64,000 nt of DNA, from the NCBI GenBank assembly GCA_977020255.1, contig CDROCS010000641.1, forward strand, positions 310,001 through 374,000, in the 5' to 3' direction. Position numbers and translations under genes: made by a program. This document shows, piece after piece, positions 1 through 13,129 of this stretch (its first letter is position 1; every line of letters starts with the position of its first letter). The notes under the pieces were generated by a model. The model saw nothing but the letters and a program-made list of their open reading frames with translations. It was not told where the DNA came from and made no database searches. Source of the stretch: Obrimoposthia wandeli (taxonomy: Eukaryota).

Positions 1-283
1 TACAAATTGCGAACTCCCAATTTTTATGAAACCTAAAGTACGTTTCCTTGTGAGATGAAAAATTAATTTCATAAATTATAACTCTGAATTCTTAAATTTA
101 TAAATTATTATGTAATTTGGCCTAGGTGCTTCTCATGTTGACTTACTTGTCTAGTTCAGTGGTATCCTCGGCGTTTTTTTGATTTGTCTGGTTTGGCGGT
201 CTTCGCGGTTTCTTGATTCTCGGATTTCTATTAGAACAATTATCGAATACAATTCTGATGTGTACTTCTGTCCTTCTTTTAAG

Positions 284-833
284 CTGTAGTGAGATTTTAT
301 AGAAATTGAGGCGAAGACTCGCTTATTTCATATCTTCTTCTGTGACTGCAAAATATATAAAAATTATTTAAAATCTTTCAACAACTGATAATTTAAAAAC
401 CTTCTTTTTTGCTGTAGTGAGATTTTATAGAAATTGAGGCGAAGACTCGCTTATTTCATATCTTCTTCTGTGACTCTGCAATATATATAAAAAATATTTA
501 AAATCTCTGCAATATCTGTGACTCTGCAAAATATATAAAAATTATTTAAAATCTTTCAAAAACTGATAATTTAAAAACCTTCTTTTTTGCTGTAGTGAGA
601 TTTTATAGAAATTGAGGCGAAGACTCGCTTATTTCATATCGTCTTCTGTGACTCTGCAATATATATAAAAATTATTTAAAATCTCTGCAATATCTGTGAC
701 TCTGCAAAATATATAAAAATTATTTAAAATCTTTCAAAAACTGATAATTTAAAAACCTTCTTTTTTGCTGTAGTGAGATTTTATAGAAATTGAGGCGAAG
801 ACTCGCTTATTTCATATCTTCTTCTGTGACTCT
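284..833. repeat. Tandem repeat with units of 128, 178 and 178 bp plus a partial unit
   Basis: TGTAGTGAGATTTTATAGAAATTGAGGCGAAGACTCGC recurs at 285, 413, 591 and 769; the longer units carry an internal duplication of about 50 bp. Confidence 0.95.
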
Positions 834-1859
834 GAAACTCCAAAACAGTGACTAATGCAGTCATGTTATATCCCTTTACTTCGTATTCAAATTTGTTTTC
901 TCCCCTTTAATTAATTCTTTCCTATATATAGTTATAATTAATTGACCTTTGTATCATGACCTAAACTTGTAAACTATTTATTTAGGTATTTTCGTAATTT
1001 AATTAATCTTAAAAAATATCTTCAATTTGTTCTTGGCCAGGACTATAAAAATAAAACTTTTTTATATTCAATTAATTTACTCCTTTTTTGAACCTCAACA
1101 ATCTGTTATAGCATAAAAATCATTTTTAACAGTGACTGTAAGTTTCCAGGTTTGTTATTGAGTATAGCTGTTGAGTAATAACATTTGAAAGTGTATTTCA
1201 TATCTGAAGAAGATCGTGGAATATTGGCTTACTCGTCCAAAATACTCAGTGGCTACATATTCCAAGAAACATAAAATAGTGAAACTGACGGTGTATGATG
1301 TACTTGTTTATTATGGGGAGAATAGAACACGTCAAAGAGCGATACGTTCTTGGAGGCGTTGGGAAAAGAAATGTCCAAACGACGAGTCAGGAAACTTGTC
1401 CACGACCTTTTGAGTGATAAACTACATCTACAAGAACGATTTTTGTGAAATACAACATCTCAATACTAATATTTTATATATTTTATTACATCCTGGTGAT
1501 ATTTTAGACTCTAACTGTTTTCTCTCTTGCTCATATCGGGCAGCACAATAATGAGGTTGTCCAGTTAATTGTACCACTTATGGAGGAACAGTTGGGCAGC
1601 ACACAATCTAAACAACAACATTAATACTGAAGTGCTTGAACTTGTGTTCCACATGAAAATTTTACGTTAAGTCGTTTGAAGTTGTGAAACAGAATGAAAC
1701 GTGTATCATTTTGGCATAAAACTGACACAATTGACTGAATTAAACCTCCACAGTTCGCTCAAATAAGTATTGTGCATTCACATTAAAACCATTTATCTAT
1801 CCTTGTATTGATTGATCCACAAAAAGCTCAAAGATTTGATACCATTTCTGAAATGAAAC

Positions 1860-2300
1860 CCAAAAACAAAAGACGGCAATAAAAATCTCAAGAACTTGGG
1901 TTAAACACCATTTGTTGGCAGTTCTGATTTACATCAGTTGTGATCTGTGAAGAGTAGTATGAAAAGACAAAGGAAATAGTGGTATCCTGGAGGAAATTTC
2001 ACATTTATGTGAAAAGAAGCGTTTTATGTTGAATCTATTTTTTTAATATTTAAGTTTTAAAGTTGTTTTGCGGTATTTTTTTAATTGTATTTTGTTAAAA
2101 AAGGTTTTCTATTTCGAACCAAAGAAATTATGTTTTGCAACATAGCATGATCGAACTCTGTCATACGGCCAAAATCATAGCCACATAACTTGAAGTGTAA
2201 GAGTGCTTGACTAGTCTAGGAATAGATCATATTTTCAGTCTTGAAAATATTTGGTGATTGCAAAATTATTTTTTGAAACGTTAAAAATGTATTAACCAAA
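1860..2300 (+). pseudogene. Heavily decayed Tc1/mariner-like transposase relic
   Basis: Residual motifs W-Y-P-G-G (about 1980), C-H-T-A-K (about 2160) and E-N-I-W (about 2243) lie in the Tc1 order. Similar to the relic at 62750-63100. Confidence 0.45.
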
Positions 2301-3713
2301 CATCAGCTCACATCCAGAGTCATTTAGTATTGGAATTATAACGTTGCGTTACAGGAAACCCTTGGCAAACTTATCGAATAATTGTCCTGTTGAATTCAAG
2401 TAACAATTGCTAGTAAATGGGGTCACCCAAAAGAGTAAACACATTTATCTGCTAATCTGTTTATTGTATTTCTTTCACAATATCACCATTTTAAAATTTT
2501 TAATTAGTCTCTCAAATTAAATGCAAAACTTGATTTGAATGCATTAAAAATCTACATTTTCATTTTGTCATTGCTGTATAATACACAATATTTTGCTGGT
2601 TTTGAATATAAACTGCATAAGAGAAAAATAAATGATTTAAAAAAAATTCTAAATAAATAAAATTAAAAAATTAAAAATATTCACAACCATTCAAAGATTT
2701 ATCAGAAAGTCATTTTAACCTATATAGAAAATGTATACAAGCATATTTAACCAGCGTTAATCGAAAATACAGATATTTAGAAAATTATGATTTGTTGCAA
2801 AATTCGAAAATAACGCTAACAAATACGTTTCATAATATTTCTGTCATATGATTGAAAGTTTAAATCTGACCTGATTAACGTTTATGATATGTTGATATAT
2901 TTTATCATTAACAAGGACGATTTAAATATTTTTAAAAATTGTTTGTATTCATTGGACGTTTTATTATTCTTGATAACATAAACTAAAATTTAACTATATC
3001 ACGTTTGGATATTTCAAGATAAGATAAGAACACGTAATACACATAATTTTAAATTAAACACTGTAGCCTTTTTTCTTATTAATTGTTTTTACCTAACTTC
3101 ATTTAAATCTGGAAATGGCTATTTTTAAGTTTTTAATGGTATTGGCAGACTATATTTCAAATATTTTATTTCTTGAGAATTTATAAAGGAAACCATTTAA
3201 TCAATGTGTGGATTTTAGATCAAAGAACATAAATTTAAAAGGTATTGTGTATTTTACTGCATATAAAAAATAATTTGATTTCAAAGATTTAATTGCTACC
3301 TGTTGACTAAAAGTATTTTAAAAGTAATATTATCAAATTCAAATGATAATGAAAAAAATATGATACGTGGTAAATAAATGATTATTTTCGTTGTAATAAA
3401 ACTAGTACGGATTTACGGATTTTATGAACATGTAAAAAAAACTCTTTTCTAAGTATTGTATAAAATATCAACGTATTTAACACTACTAGAAATGCATTAA
3501 TTTTAACTAATATTTTGAGTATGCAATTTTATTTTTGATATTTTTAACTATCTATTGGCTGAGGATATAGGTTCTGTAAAAGTATCTATGGCTGTGGCGA
3601 TATGAGCACGTCAACTAAAATTTGAAATAAAATGAGTCAAAATGTTGCTGTATTAATAGATTTTTATTTATTTTTGAAATTATGTTTTAAAGTCCTTTTG
3701 AATATTACACTAA

Positions 3714-4337
3714 TGTTGGCGTTTCTAATTGAAACTCTTATTCAAGTAGATCCTGGTATGTAAGCCCGCAACGGGAGTTCTGTAGCGATATGGCTTACAG
3801 ATGGATGTGGCCTTCCTGTTCTTTTCTTACTTAATTCTAGTCTCAAATATGAAGGTTTTTTGTGTCTTGTGGTCTTGTGGTGTGTTCAAAGAGTTGTGTG
3901 ATGTAGCGTAGGGTGGATCGTTTATCAGCTGAGTTAGCTTTTTACGTCGGTAGGGTCTGGCAACACCGAGACCGAATATCGATGAAACAGAGCCGAGACC
4001 AATCGACTGTCAGCACGTGGAATATTGTCTCGTGGGTTGTCCCTCGGCTAAACTATATGTTAGGGGGCACACGAATTTCACAAGGGAGTGTACTCGGAAT
4101 GAATCTTTGATCGATTTCGCTAGAATAACTATATTTAACTTAACACACTTAGAATTTCCTAAAATGACTCCAGAAATACGCAATAGGGTTGACACTTTTC
4201 TATGCATTTATTTTGATACGCCTCCTGCTATAATCACCCTTCAAAATATTCCCATGCCTTACTACCCGTCTATCTAACTGTTTACTGTATTATACTATCG
4301 GTTCCAATTTCAAATTATGTTTATTAAATCCGCAACA
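3714..4337. repeat. Candidate LTR-like segment
   Basis: Bounded by TGTTG...CAACA and GC-richer than the flanks. It lies at the 3' side of the BEL element. No partner LTR or TSD was found. Confidence 0.35.
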
Positions 4338-4399
4338 CTTTTAAATTTAAGTGCTGTTTAATCAATAAAGCTTTTTAAATTCAAAATCTAATTTAACTC

Positions 4400-4570
4400 A
4401 CCAACTCCAATATCTCTATCAATGTCTCTCCAAAGTTTTATCAATTCCAATGTCTTTATCAATGTCTCTCCAAAGTTTTGTCAATTCCAATATCTTTATC
4501 AAGTCTCTACAAAGTCTTGTCAATTCCAATATCTTTATCAATGTCTCTCCGAAGTTTTATCAATTCCAAT
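4400..4570. repeat. Tandem repeat of about 36-38 bp, 4-5 copies (TCAATTCCAATATCTTTATCAATGTCTCTCCAAAGTTT)
   Basis: Directly visible repeated unit. Confidence 0.9.
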
Positions 4571-4929
4571 TGTTATGATTTCAATCTTGATTTTTTCTGC
4601 TATTCCGATATTTTTTCTGAAACGAGTTTTAAAAGAATTTGCTTATATAGCAAAACTCACTGTTCACGTAGCGAAGGGAAAGGCCTGTTGCTGCTCCATG
4701 GATGCTGTTCGGTGGAATTCCGCTGCGGCTAATGGTTTCTGACGGCGTTTTCCGCAACGGCTGATTGTCTTCTCAGGCGTCCGTTGTTAGGAAGAAAGTT
4801 TACTGAGTGTTACAGCTGGAATGTTCCCAGGCTTCTAAATTGTCCCTAATGGATTTTTCTTAATGGGTTTCGTAGTTTGTTTTATGTTCTAATTTTCGTG
4901 GTTTTTGTTAAAAAAAACAAGGCACCTTC

Positions 4930-7900
4930 TTTCGTCCAGTTTATGATTCTTGCGTATTTATTTTCTTATTTGGCCAATCTATTTTCACCTGCTTTAAAAA
5001 TTCTGGTCCTTCCCACCACATTCTCGACTTTACCAATTCTTCTACATTTATTCCTCGGGATAGTAAATCCACTAGATTTTCTTTGGTAGGAAAATACCGC
5101 TATTGATTAAGTGTTGTTTGATATCTGAATATGTTATACTCTATTTGCTACAAATGTTTTGAACAAACGATTGTGCTGTTGTATCCAGCTCAATGTGGTC
5201 ATGCTATCACTCCAGAATGTTATTTGTTTCATTTCAATTTCTAACGCTTCCGCTACTTTTCTTCCTATGGTTAATCCTACACAATCTGCCATTAACTCTA
5301 ACCTTGGTAGACATATTGTAGATATTGGGGCTATCTTTGCTTTCGCTATTTCTAATGTACTGCTCGCTTCCTCTCCCCGTCCACAAGCATACATCACTGC
5401 TCCTTGTTCGAGTGTGGTGACTGAATCAATACTATCATCCATATAGGTAGAATATAATATTGTTTCAACAGCTCTCGGGTACTTCTATTGGTAGTTTCTA
5501 GCATTCTTTTGTGTGATCAACTGTGCCAGAAACGGATATGTATTTAAACCAAATACCAATCGGTTGAACTCTAGTTGCTGCACCTTACCATCTATCCACC
5601 ATAAAAATCTAAGATACGGTTGATCTTCTTTTGCAACCTGTATCTGTAGATACATTTCCTGAATGTCGTATATCAATGCTACTGGGTGCCGTCGAAATCT
5701 TAGTATTGTTATCAAGTCACCCTGGAGTTTTGGACCACATTCTAAAGCATCATACAAACTCATTCTGTACACTTTTGCTGTTGCATCAAATACAATTCTC
5801 ACTTTTGAGGTAATTTTATCATTACGTACTACTGGGAAGTGCGGTAACAATCACTACTATTCCACTTCCTTCTTTTCTTCTACTACTCTAATATACACTT
5901 CTGTAAGTGGTCTTTTATTACTCGGGTATATGCTTCTTCTAGCTGATTATCCCGTTTAAAACGTTGTGTCAAATTATCCAATCTTCTTTTCGCCATTTAT
6001 TGACTCTTCTGTAATTTCTCTTTTTCTATCTTTCAAGGTAACTTTACCTGATACCTCTCGCCATCGTACCTCATATTTTATTTTGTCATCTGCAATAATT
6101 TATTGTTTTCAGTCAATATATTGGTTTTCTCCAGTTCTTCCTCTACTTTCAAAAAACGTTGAAGTGCCTGATCTAGTTGCTCATTACTTGTAAAATACAT
6201 CCTTATGAAATTAACCTGTTGCCGCTGGTCTACATCGACCTTCCCTACCCATGTCTACCCGAGTGGAGTCAATCGTGCCACTGGCTCTCCCTCTCGCCCA
6301 GCAATCTCTCTCAATACTCGATGTGCCCGCATACAATCGGCTCCTATAAGTACGTCCACCTTCCGCATTCTTCTATCTCCCTGAGGAAATTTTATCTTCC
6401 TGAGATGTGTCCACGTTTGTACCACATCTCTCCACTCATAAACTTTCAAGTCGCCGGTCACGTATTTACTGTGAGTGCATCTCGTTGCATTCTCTCCCAA
6501 CTATCTACCTCTTTCACTGTTAATGTCACCGAGGTGGTGGCTATTTCGTGTACTCTACCTCCGATAACACTGCATGGTACCAACTGCCTTGTAGCTTCTG
6601 CCTTCAATACCTTCGCCACCCAACTGTTGACGTAACTGGTGGTGCTACTATCATCTAATAGCCCATTTACATGCACTGTTCTTTCTCCATTTCTGAGGAT
6701 GACTGGCACGGTTCTCAATGTAATTACTTTGTTCTTTCCACCTATCTTAATGTGGTTTGTGAATTTCATCGGTGGCATTGTGCTCCTCTTCCATTCCCAA
6801 TGCACCAAGAAGTGGTGCTTTGTTGGACATCCAGCCACATTAAAAAACTTCCTTAACTTGCATTCATTCGCCCGATGGCCTTCATTAAGTCAATTAAAAC
6901 AGAGCACATTCTTTATTACGAACTCCCACCTCTCGTCTAAATACAAGCTCTTGAACTTCTCACATTGGCTTAAATAATTATTTTCTCCGCATTTGCGCAA
7001 CTCTTCTTCCACGTTGTTCACTGATCTTGGGCTCTCCTTTCCTCGTTTCTCGGTTCTCGCCCATAATTTGGAAGTTCTTCCTTATTGCCTCCGTTATTTC
7101 GTGATATTTGAAATTAGTCCCCTCTTCTTTTTTGCATCGTCTGTGTGTGAAAATTAACTTTCTTTCGCTCCATTCCACTTGTTCACTACCCGTGATACGT
7201 CAGTAGCTTTTCGTAAATACCCTGACTCTTCCCTAGCCCAGTTCTCCAAGGTGTACATATTTTCTTGTAATCTCGTTGCGTGTAAATATCTTCCCTAACT
7301 AATAATTGCTGTCTCCGGCTATAACTTAAGAGTTCTATGGAACAGCATGCCATCTCGTAACTCCCCTTCTTTACTAATTGATGTTAATCTAACTATTACG
7401 GTTTCCAGAAAACCATTCTCTTTTCCTCCATATCTTCTTTCCTATTTTTCAATTGCCACTTCATAGGCCTTGCTTGAAAATCCCAGTCTCTCCACTAATT
7501 TCAACGATTCACCTCTCAATCAATCCCGGATATATAGGAGTTTCTCGCTTGCTTCTCCACTGGCGTTGTGTACATATACTTCAAAAACTGCTTTCCACGC
7601 TGCATATTCTCTTACATTCCCGTTGAATATTTGAACTTTTAACTTCTTCAATCTTTTAAGTCCGATATTCTTTTTTGATCCATCCTTCTATCCTCAGCCC
7701 AACCAACCTCTGAGTTCACCTCTGATTTTTTCTTGATCAGTAGTTGACTGATTTCTTCATAATTTTCTTCTATTTCGTCTATCTCCTTCTTAGTTTTCGC
7801 TGCTTTCTCATCCTGCCCGTTTTTACAACACCACTCCACCACGTCCATCATCTTTCTTACTGTTTTTTCGTATTCTTCTCCATAGCTCGACCGCTGACTC

Positions 7901-8235
7901 GCTATATTTCCCATCGCTATTCCTTCTATAACCATGTTCCTTAATCTGGTTAAATTCCACTTCATTGTTTTCTTTATCTGCATCCATTCCCTTATCTCTT
8001 CTTCCACCGTCCCACCTCTGAGTCTAAGTACTAACTGAAGGGTATTTCCTCTCTGAATCTTATAATCGGATAGGATATGGCTAGCTTCAATCTGCTTACC
8101 TGCAAATATTAATCGTTGTTGAGCTGGAGGAATGCCTCCCTTGTCCTGAATCTCTGCCTTTACCTTTTCGATAATCTAATCTTATTTTACGTCCAATGTT
8201 ATCGTCTTCCCAGTAAGAGTCTTCACAAAAACCTG
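4930..8235 (-). mobile_element. Decayed, internally deleted BEL/Pao LTR retrotransposon (Ub-gag, protease, RT, RNase H; integrase absent)
   Basis: DUF1759-type gag ([23 protein letters not shown]); protease (TLRTVPV...GLLDDSSTTSY, VDVLIGAD, PVARLTPLG); RT (LPHFPVVRNDKITSKVRIVFDA, FRRHPVALIYDIQEMYLQI, RLVFGL); Pao RNase H (AKAKIAPISTICLPRLEL, FWSDS, FKTFVANRV, DLLSRG, WWEGPEFL). Many stops and frameshifts. Confidence 0.95.
8011..8235 (-). pseudogene. Ubiquitin domain (Q2-G76) in frame with BEL Gag; two nonsense codons
   Basis: Translates [73 protein letters not shown]. My count is 54/75 identical to ubiquitin with no indels. It reads straight into TVEEEIREW (ORF 7648-8007). Confidence 0.95.
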
Positions 8236-8419
8236 TTTATTATTATGCTTACACAAACGCTGGACTGAATCCGCAAACCGACCTTCCGTCGTATTTTTCT
8301 CTAACAATAATATTCATGTATAATCTCCATTTTTGACGCCCTTTACAAACCCATCAAAACCCCTTATATTTCCCGTGTCCCGTTTCCTCTGGTTTGCATT
8401 GTAACCCTTGAACAGTCAT

Positions 8420-8568
8420 GTCCATTTTATTTTCATAATTAAATTTAGCTTAATTCCCTCAGTTATCGCTTGTCTCACCACTATTTCAGTTTGAACACAA
8501 ACTCCTGAAACGTAATCAACTACCACTAAAATACCATCTGTTAATCTTAAAACAGCAGTAACTTTACT
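8420..8568 (-). pseudogene. EEF2: Captured fragment of elongation factor 2 G-domain
   Basis: [40 protein letters not shown] matches eEF2 [40 protein letters not shown]. Confidence 0.9.
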
Positions 8569-8726
8569 GTTTAACTCTATATTATTTTTATTGTCGCTAA
8601 GGAGATTGTTTGACTTGGGGTTATTTTTGGGGTTCTCCCCATCCCCATTATGTTTTAAAAGTTTAAAAAATAATCTGTTGTTAAAATAATCCATGCAATC
8701 TACAAACTCACCAAGGTCACTCTTCT

Positions 8727-8913
8727 CCGCTTTTGGGTATCCGTTGATGGTCCCATTCGAAATCTTAAAGTCCTCCAGCTCTTTGGGATCGATACCGCCC
8801 TTGTTGTAGATTGCCCCATCAAACTCGATTACCCCGATACAGCGCGCTTCATATCGATGTAAATAGCGCATTGTATGCAACCCACATTTCCGAATCCTTG
8901 GACAATGGAGGTC
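8727..8913 (-). pseudogene. GDH: Captured fragment of glutamate dehydrogenase NAD-binding domain
   Basis: [11 protein letters not shown](fs)[39 protein letters not shown] matches animal [28 protein letters not shown]...[12 protein letters not shown]. There is a 1-nt deletion near 8881. Confidence 0.9.
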
Positions 8914-9115
8914 TTTTTTAATTCCGAATCCTCCAAAACCTTCTGAATCGGTTTCAGTGTATTCTTAAAGAGATCCATATTAAGCTCTTCAAATCGTGCT
9001 CTAGTTAACGTCTCAGAAAAATCGTCACCATCATAGAACGACTCAATCTTTATTCTGGAGCTGTGTGAACCACTCAGTACACGGTTTGCCTTCTCTACTC
9101 TCTACGCAGCTTCTG
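8914..9115 (-). pseudogene. HSPA5: Captured fragment of ER HSP70 (BiP/GRP78)
   Basis: QKLRRE(fs)[61 protein letters not shown] carries BiP-specific motifs ([24 protein letters not shown]). Confidence 0.9.
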
Positions 9116-10470
9116 TTTCAGCTCCTCGATTTGCCGCGACAACGCCTGCAGTTTCATCTTTAGCTCATTGCTTACCAGCTTCTCGCTACACTTGATGATC
9201 ACTGTTATCATGTGGTGCTTCAGCGAGTCAAACACTTATTCAGATGCAAAGTCAAGTAGTGTACACCATCTATCAAGTGACGCTGGATCTGGCGAGTCAA
9301 CTTAATGCGCTTCATGATCGAGTTAAATAGACCCAGATTCGCTATCGGTTCAGTTTGCATCAGCGTGCTTGCTAACAAGCGCTCCTAACCTTCACACTCT
9401 ATTGCAAAGACACGCAAATCCGACTCAGAGCTCTTTGCTACATTTGTAAACGATATATGCGTGTATACATTTCTTTCAACGAAATTATCATTGAAAATTT
9501 TAGAACTAAATTCTTTTGATTTCCCCAGTTCCGACTGGGTCTTAGAGTAGAGATATCGGAGACTCTTTGTTTGTTGAAAGTACTCCACACATTTGTGGTA
9601 GTCGTAATTGCAGTTTCTCAACTCAGAAACCACCTCCAAAGGATCACATAGAAACGGACATTGAGAGAGAATCTTTTCAATCTTAATCTGCATCTTTGAC
9701 AACAATAATTCCAAGGCAATGGGATTTATAATTTTACACTTTCTCTCCGGATTTTGGGGCTTGTCGAGAAAGATCTGGTGGATGAGTGTGCTTGAAATTA
9801 TTGACCTCAAACACTTCCAAGTCTTTGCTGATATTGTCAAAGTTGATCAGACTGTTGGTGTAAAACTTCGTGGACTTATGTCTTGGATCAGATTTGCAAT
9901 TGAAAGACGGTGTGAAAAAGGACTATCGACAGAGAACATATTGTAGATAGAGTCGCTGATTGGCCAGGCCTCCAATGTCTGACTGGCGCCATCTTTGCCG
10001 TCCTTGACGGAATCGGATCGGTTCTTCTCGCAATCCAAGTCGATGAGCTGCTGAAACAGATTGTCCCCCTCGTTTGCTGGAGCGCTTGGTATGCAGACAT
10101 GATCTTTTGTGCCGAATATTCGAGAATATTCCTTGTAGAGACGATGGAAGGCCAACAATAACCGACGTTTGGGGTCCTCACTAGCATCGCCTTCTACCAA
10201 GGAATAACCATTATTATCGGTTACTTACTCGCGTACTATGTCCCAGTAATAAGCTCGGTCCGCTTCGCAACGCAGAAATTGAGCTGGCGTCTTATGCTTG
10301 CAACTGTCCCCGCCCAATTGACGCCAAGCCTGGTCAGAGTCAGTCCAACTTTGAATGTCCTTCTCCAGATTACTGTTGCATGCAAATTAATTAACTTCTT
10401 TTTCGTGCCTGGAGCCCATAGCCCAACTACGCTCTGCTACCATATTTTAGCGGGCATGGTTCTGACATAG
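9116..10470 (-). other. GC-richer coding-like mosaic, probably further unidentified captured fragments
   Basis: Open frames 9385-9840 and 9847-10200, plus a coiled-coil-like stretch joined to the BiP piece. Same strand as the identified fragments; no family recognised. Confidence 0.45.
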
Positions 10471-10744
10471 AATCAAAATACATAAATCCAATATCCATCG
10501 ATTTATTTTTTAAAACATTTAAAAATTCAAATCTCTGGCAACTTTCCATTGCCAATACATCAAAAAATCCTTATTATAATAATTCACATAATTTATACAC
10601 ACGCTCACACACAACCCACACGTGGCATCATAAAAACAAATCTTTATTAATGCAAACCGCATAAATTACACCTACAACAGATTATCTTTAATTTTAATTA
10701 TTTAAATTAATACAAATTTTAAACTATTGTGTCAGAACAGTGGC

Positions 10745-11925
10745 TTGCCACTTCCTAAGAGTGTCACACCACAAGGGTCTGACTGAGAAAGGTTATGAAG
10801 GTTTGAAAGTATGGTCGTGACTCTCTATGGTCGGCCAATATACCCAAGGGGTTGTGGTAATCCATAGATGAAAGGGTCGGACTCAGTTATGACTTGAAGG
10901 TTGGAAGGTATGGTTGTGACCATCTATAGTTGACCACCACATCTCATCACATTACATAACATCGTTTTTAAATTTGGCGCCAAACATTTTTTATGTTGAC
11001 AAAATATGTATTTAAACAAACTTATAAAAAATAAAAATAAAATAATATCATTAAGAAATATATTTATATACAATTTACATAATTAATACATAGAGAAAAA
11101 CATTTTAAATAAGCACAATGTTTTCTGTGGACATTTTTTAATGAACATCGAATATTTTTTGGCATTTTCTTTAAATTTTTGAAACTTTTATTATAATTTA
11201 CAATTCTTAAATTTGGAAACATTTGTTTTACTAGAATAATCTTCTTTCCATCAATAGAATCCATAACATAGAATATTGTTTCTTGATCATCAATATGAAT
11301 ATCAGAGCTTTCACCTTCAAGTCAGGATAACTGATGATGATGATTTATCAAATATAGATTTTTCTTTTAACTTAAAATGATAAACTTTTCCACGGTATTT
11401 GATTTTTAAATACGTAATGAAATGGACAAGTCATGTCATTCACATACATTATACATAATTCTTTAGGAATATATTCTCCATTATTATCAATAAAACACTC
11501 TAAATCAATAAAAGGCATTTGAAAAAATGAAATACTAAAATAATATATTTGCTTATACTTAAAAATTATTTATATTGCAGTTTCAACCATAAAAGACTCA
11601 GAGGTCTGCAGATTTTAGTAAATGGATTCTGACATTTAACTCGATTATATTAGACTGGAATGTTTTCTTTTTCAAGTGTAGACACCAACTTTGAAGGGTA
11701 ATAGAATACAACAGGTTTGAACACTAGTATCTCGAACCTGTCAACGAATAATACTATCCAATGTTCACCTGTAGATTTGAAGTATGAGTATTGATAATGT
11801 AGCCTCCGGGTTTTAATGGGTGAATTTGATCCAATGGATATACTCCATTAAATTTGTTATTCAATAATATATTTCCGGATTTATAAATTTCTAAGGTACT
11901 AATTGAAATAAAGAAAATAATATAT
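10745..11925 (-). mobile_element. Right-end fragment of a second, decayed copy of Polinton lineage A (TIR piece, DxE ORF, protease)
   Basis: 10745-10935 matches the TIR at 36250-36440; 11064-11518 matches 45943-46395; about 11580-11925 matches the protease including its splice acceptor. Confidence 0.93.
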
Positions 11926-13000
11926 TACACCTCATATTTAAGTTAAAAGGAGATTCAGATGAGGAGAGAACAGATGAGCAGATAATCTTAGGTTATCGTG
12001 AGGAAAAGTTGAGAAAAGCCTTGTACGAAAAAGATACAAAAAGGCATAATTGACAAAGACTAGGAATTTAGAAATTCAAGCCATGAGAAGCGGTAAAGAA
12101 ACCGATCGAAGGTTGGAAGACTATGAAGATAATTTCGTGGTGGCATCAGGAGAGCTAACATGTTTACAAGGGTTAGCTTTTGATTTGGGAAGTCAAGAGG
12201 GGGTAAATGAGTTAGAGAAAGAATTAGAAGAAATAAATAAATTGCACGACGAAATAGGAATACTGTCAACAGAACTGTTAAGAACAGATATGGAAAGCAA
12301 AAGAGCATTCACAACAAGCAATCAATCAAATAATAGGAATGAATTTACAGAATTAAAAAGGTTAACATTACCTATATTTAGTGGTCAAAACTCAAATTTC
12401 GAAAGTTGGAAAACAACATTTAACAAATTAATCGGAAGAAAAAGGTTAGAAAACGAGCAAATTATTGCATATGCGACAGTATTTAGGATCAGAACCATTT
12501 AGATTGGTAGAAAATTTAGGATTATCAGAAGAAGTTTATGATAAAGCATTAGAAAGATTAGAGAAAAGATATGGAGACGACGAAAGAAATTATCGAAACG
12601 TATTGAAGGACGTTGAAAAGTTAAAAATAATGAGACATGATGAAGTCTTAGAATTTGAAAAGTTGTCAGAATTATTAGAAAGGATATTAATAAAATTAAG
12701 AAGGTTGAACAAAACTGAAGATTTAGGAAACAGTTACTTGTATCAAACATTCTTAAGAAAGTTACCTCGACAAGCAATGTTAGAATGGACAAGTTGGAAG
12801 AGACGGGAAGGTAGAGAAGATTGTCTAGAAGACATGCTGATATGGGCCCAGCAAAAGACGGAAGATTTAATGGAAGCAGAAGAAGTATGTCAGGAATCTA
12901 AAATAAAACCTGAGCTAAAAGACAAGTTTGTCAAAATGGACATATATAATCAATGACAAACATATCCTAGAAGGGAAACATATTTTTAAAATAAGATAGA
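11926..13000 (+). mobile_element. BEL/Pao gag fragment inserted in the lineage A copy
   Basis: ELKRLTLPIFSGQNSNFESWKTTF and YLGSEPFRLVENLGLSEEVYDKALERLEKRYG (DUF1759-type); frameshift near 12470. Confidence 0.85.
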
Positions 13001-13129
13001 GCAAAAACTGCGGAAGTAAATTTTGTTTAAATGTATTTCTGCAGTTTCGGTTTGATAATAAACAAATACCAATATGAATTAAATAATGCAAGTTCAAATT
13101 CAACATAACAAAAGTTCAATTCAATTGAT

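Noticed and set aside
284-833. CRISPR-like repeat array
   Set aside because: Long contiguous units without unique spacers, in a eukaryotic context; an ordinary tandem repeat.
1216-1413. ORF with faint piggyBac-like pattern
   Set aside because: Too few conserved residues to call.
3709-4342. Solo LTR with TSD
   Set aside because: Flanks ACTAA and CTTTT differ; kept only as a low-confidence LTR-like segment.
8011-8235. NEDD8 identity for the ubiquitin-like domain
   Set aside because: R72, QDK and IFAGKQ match ubiquitin rather than NEDD8.
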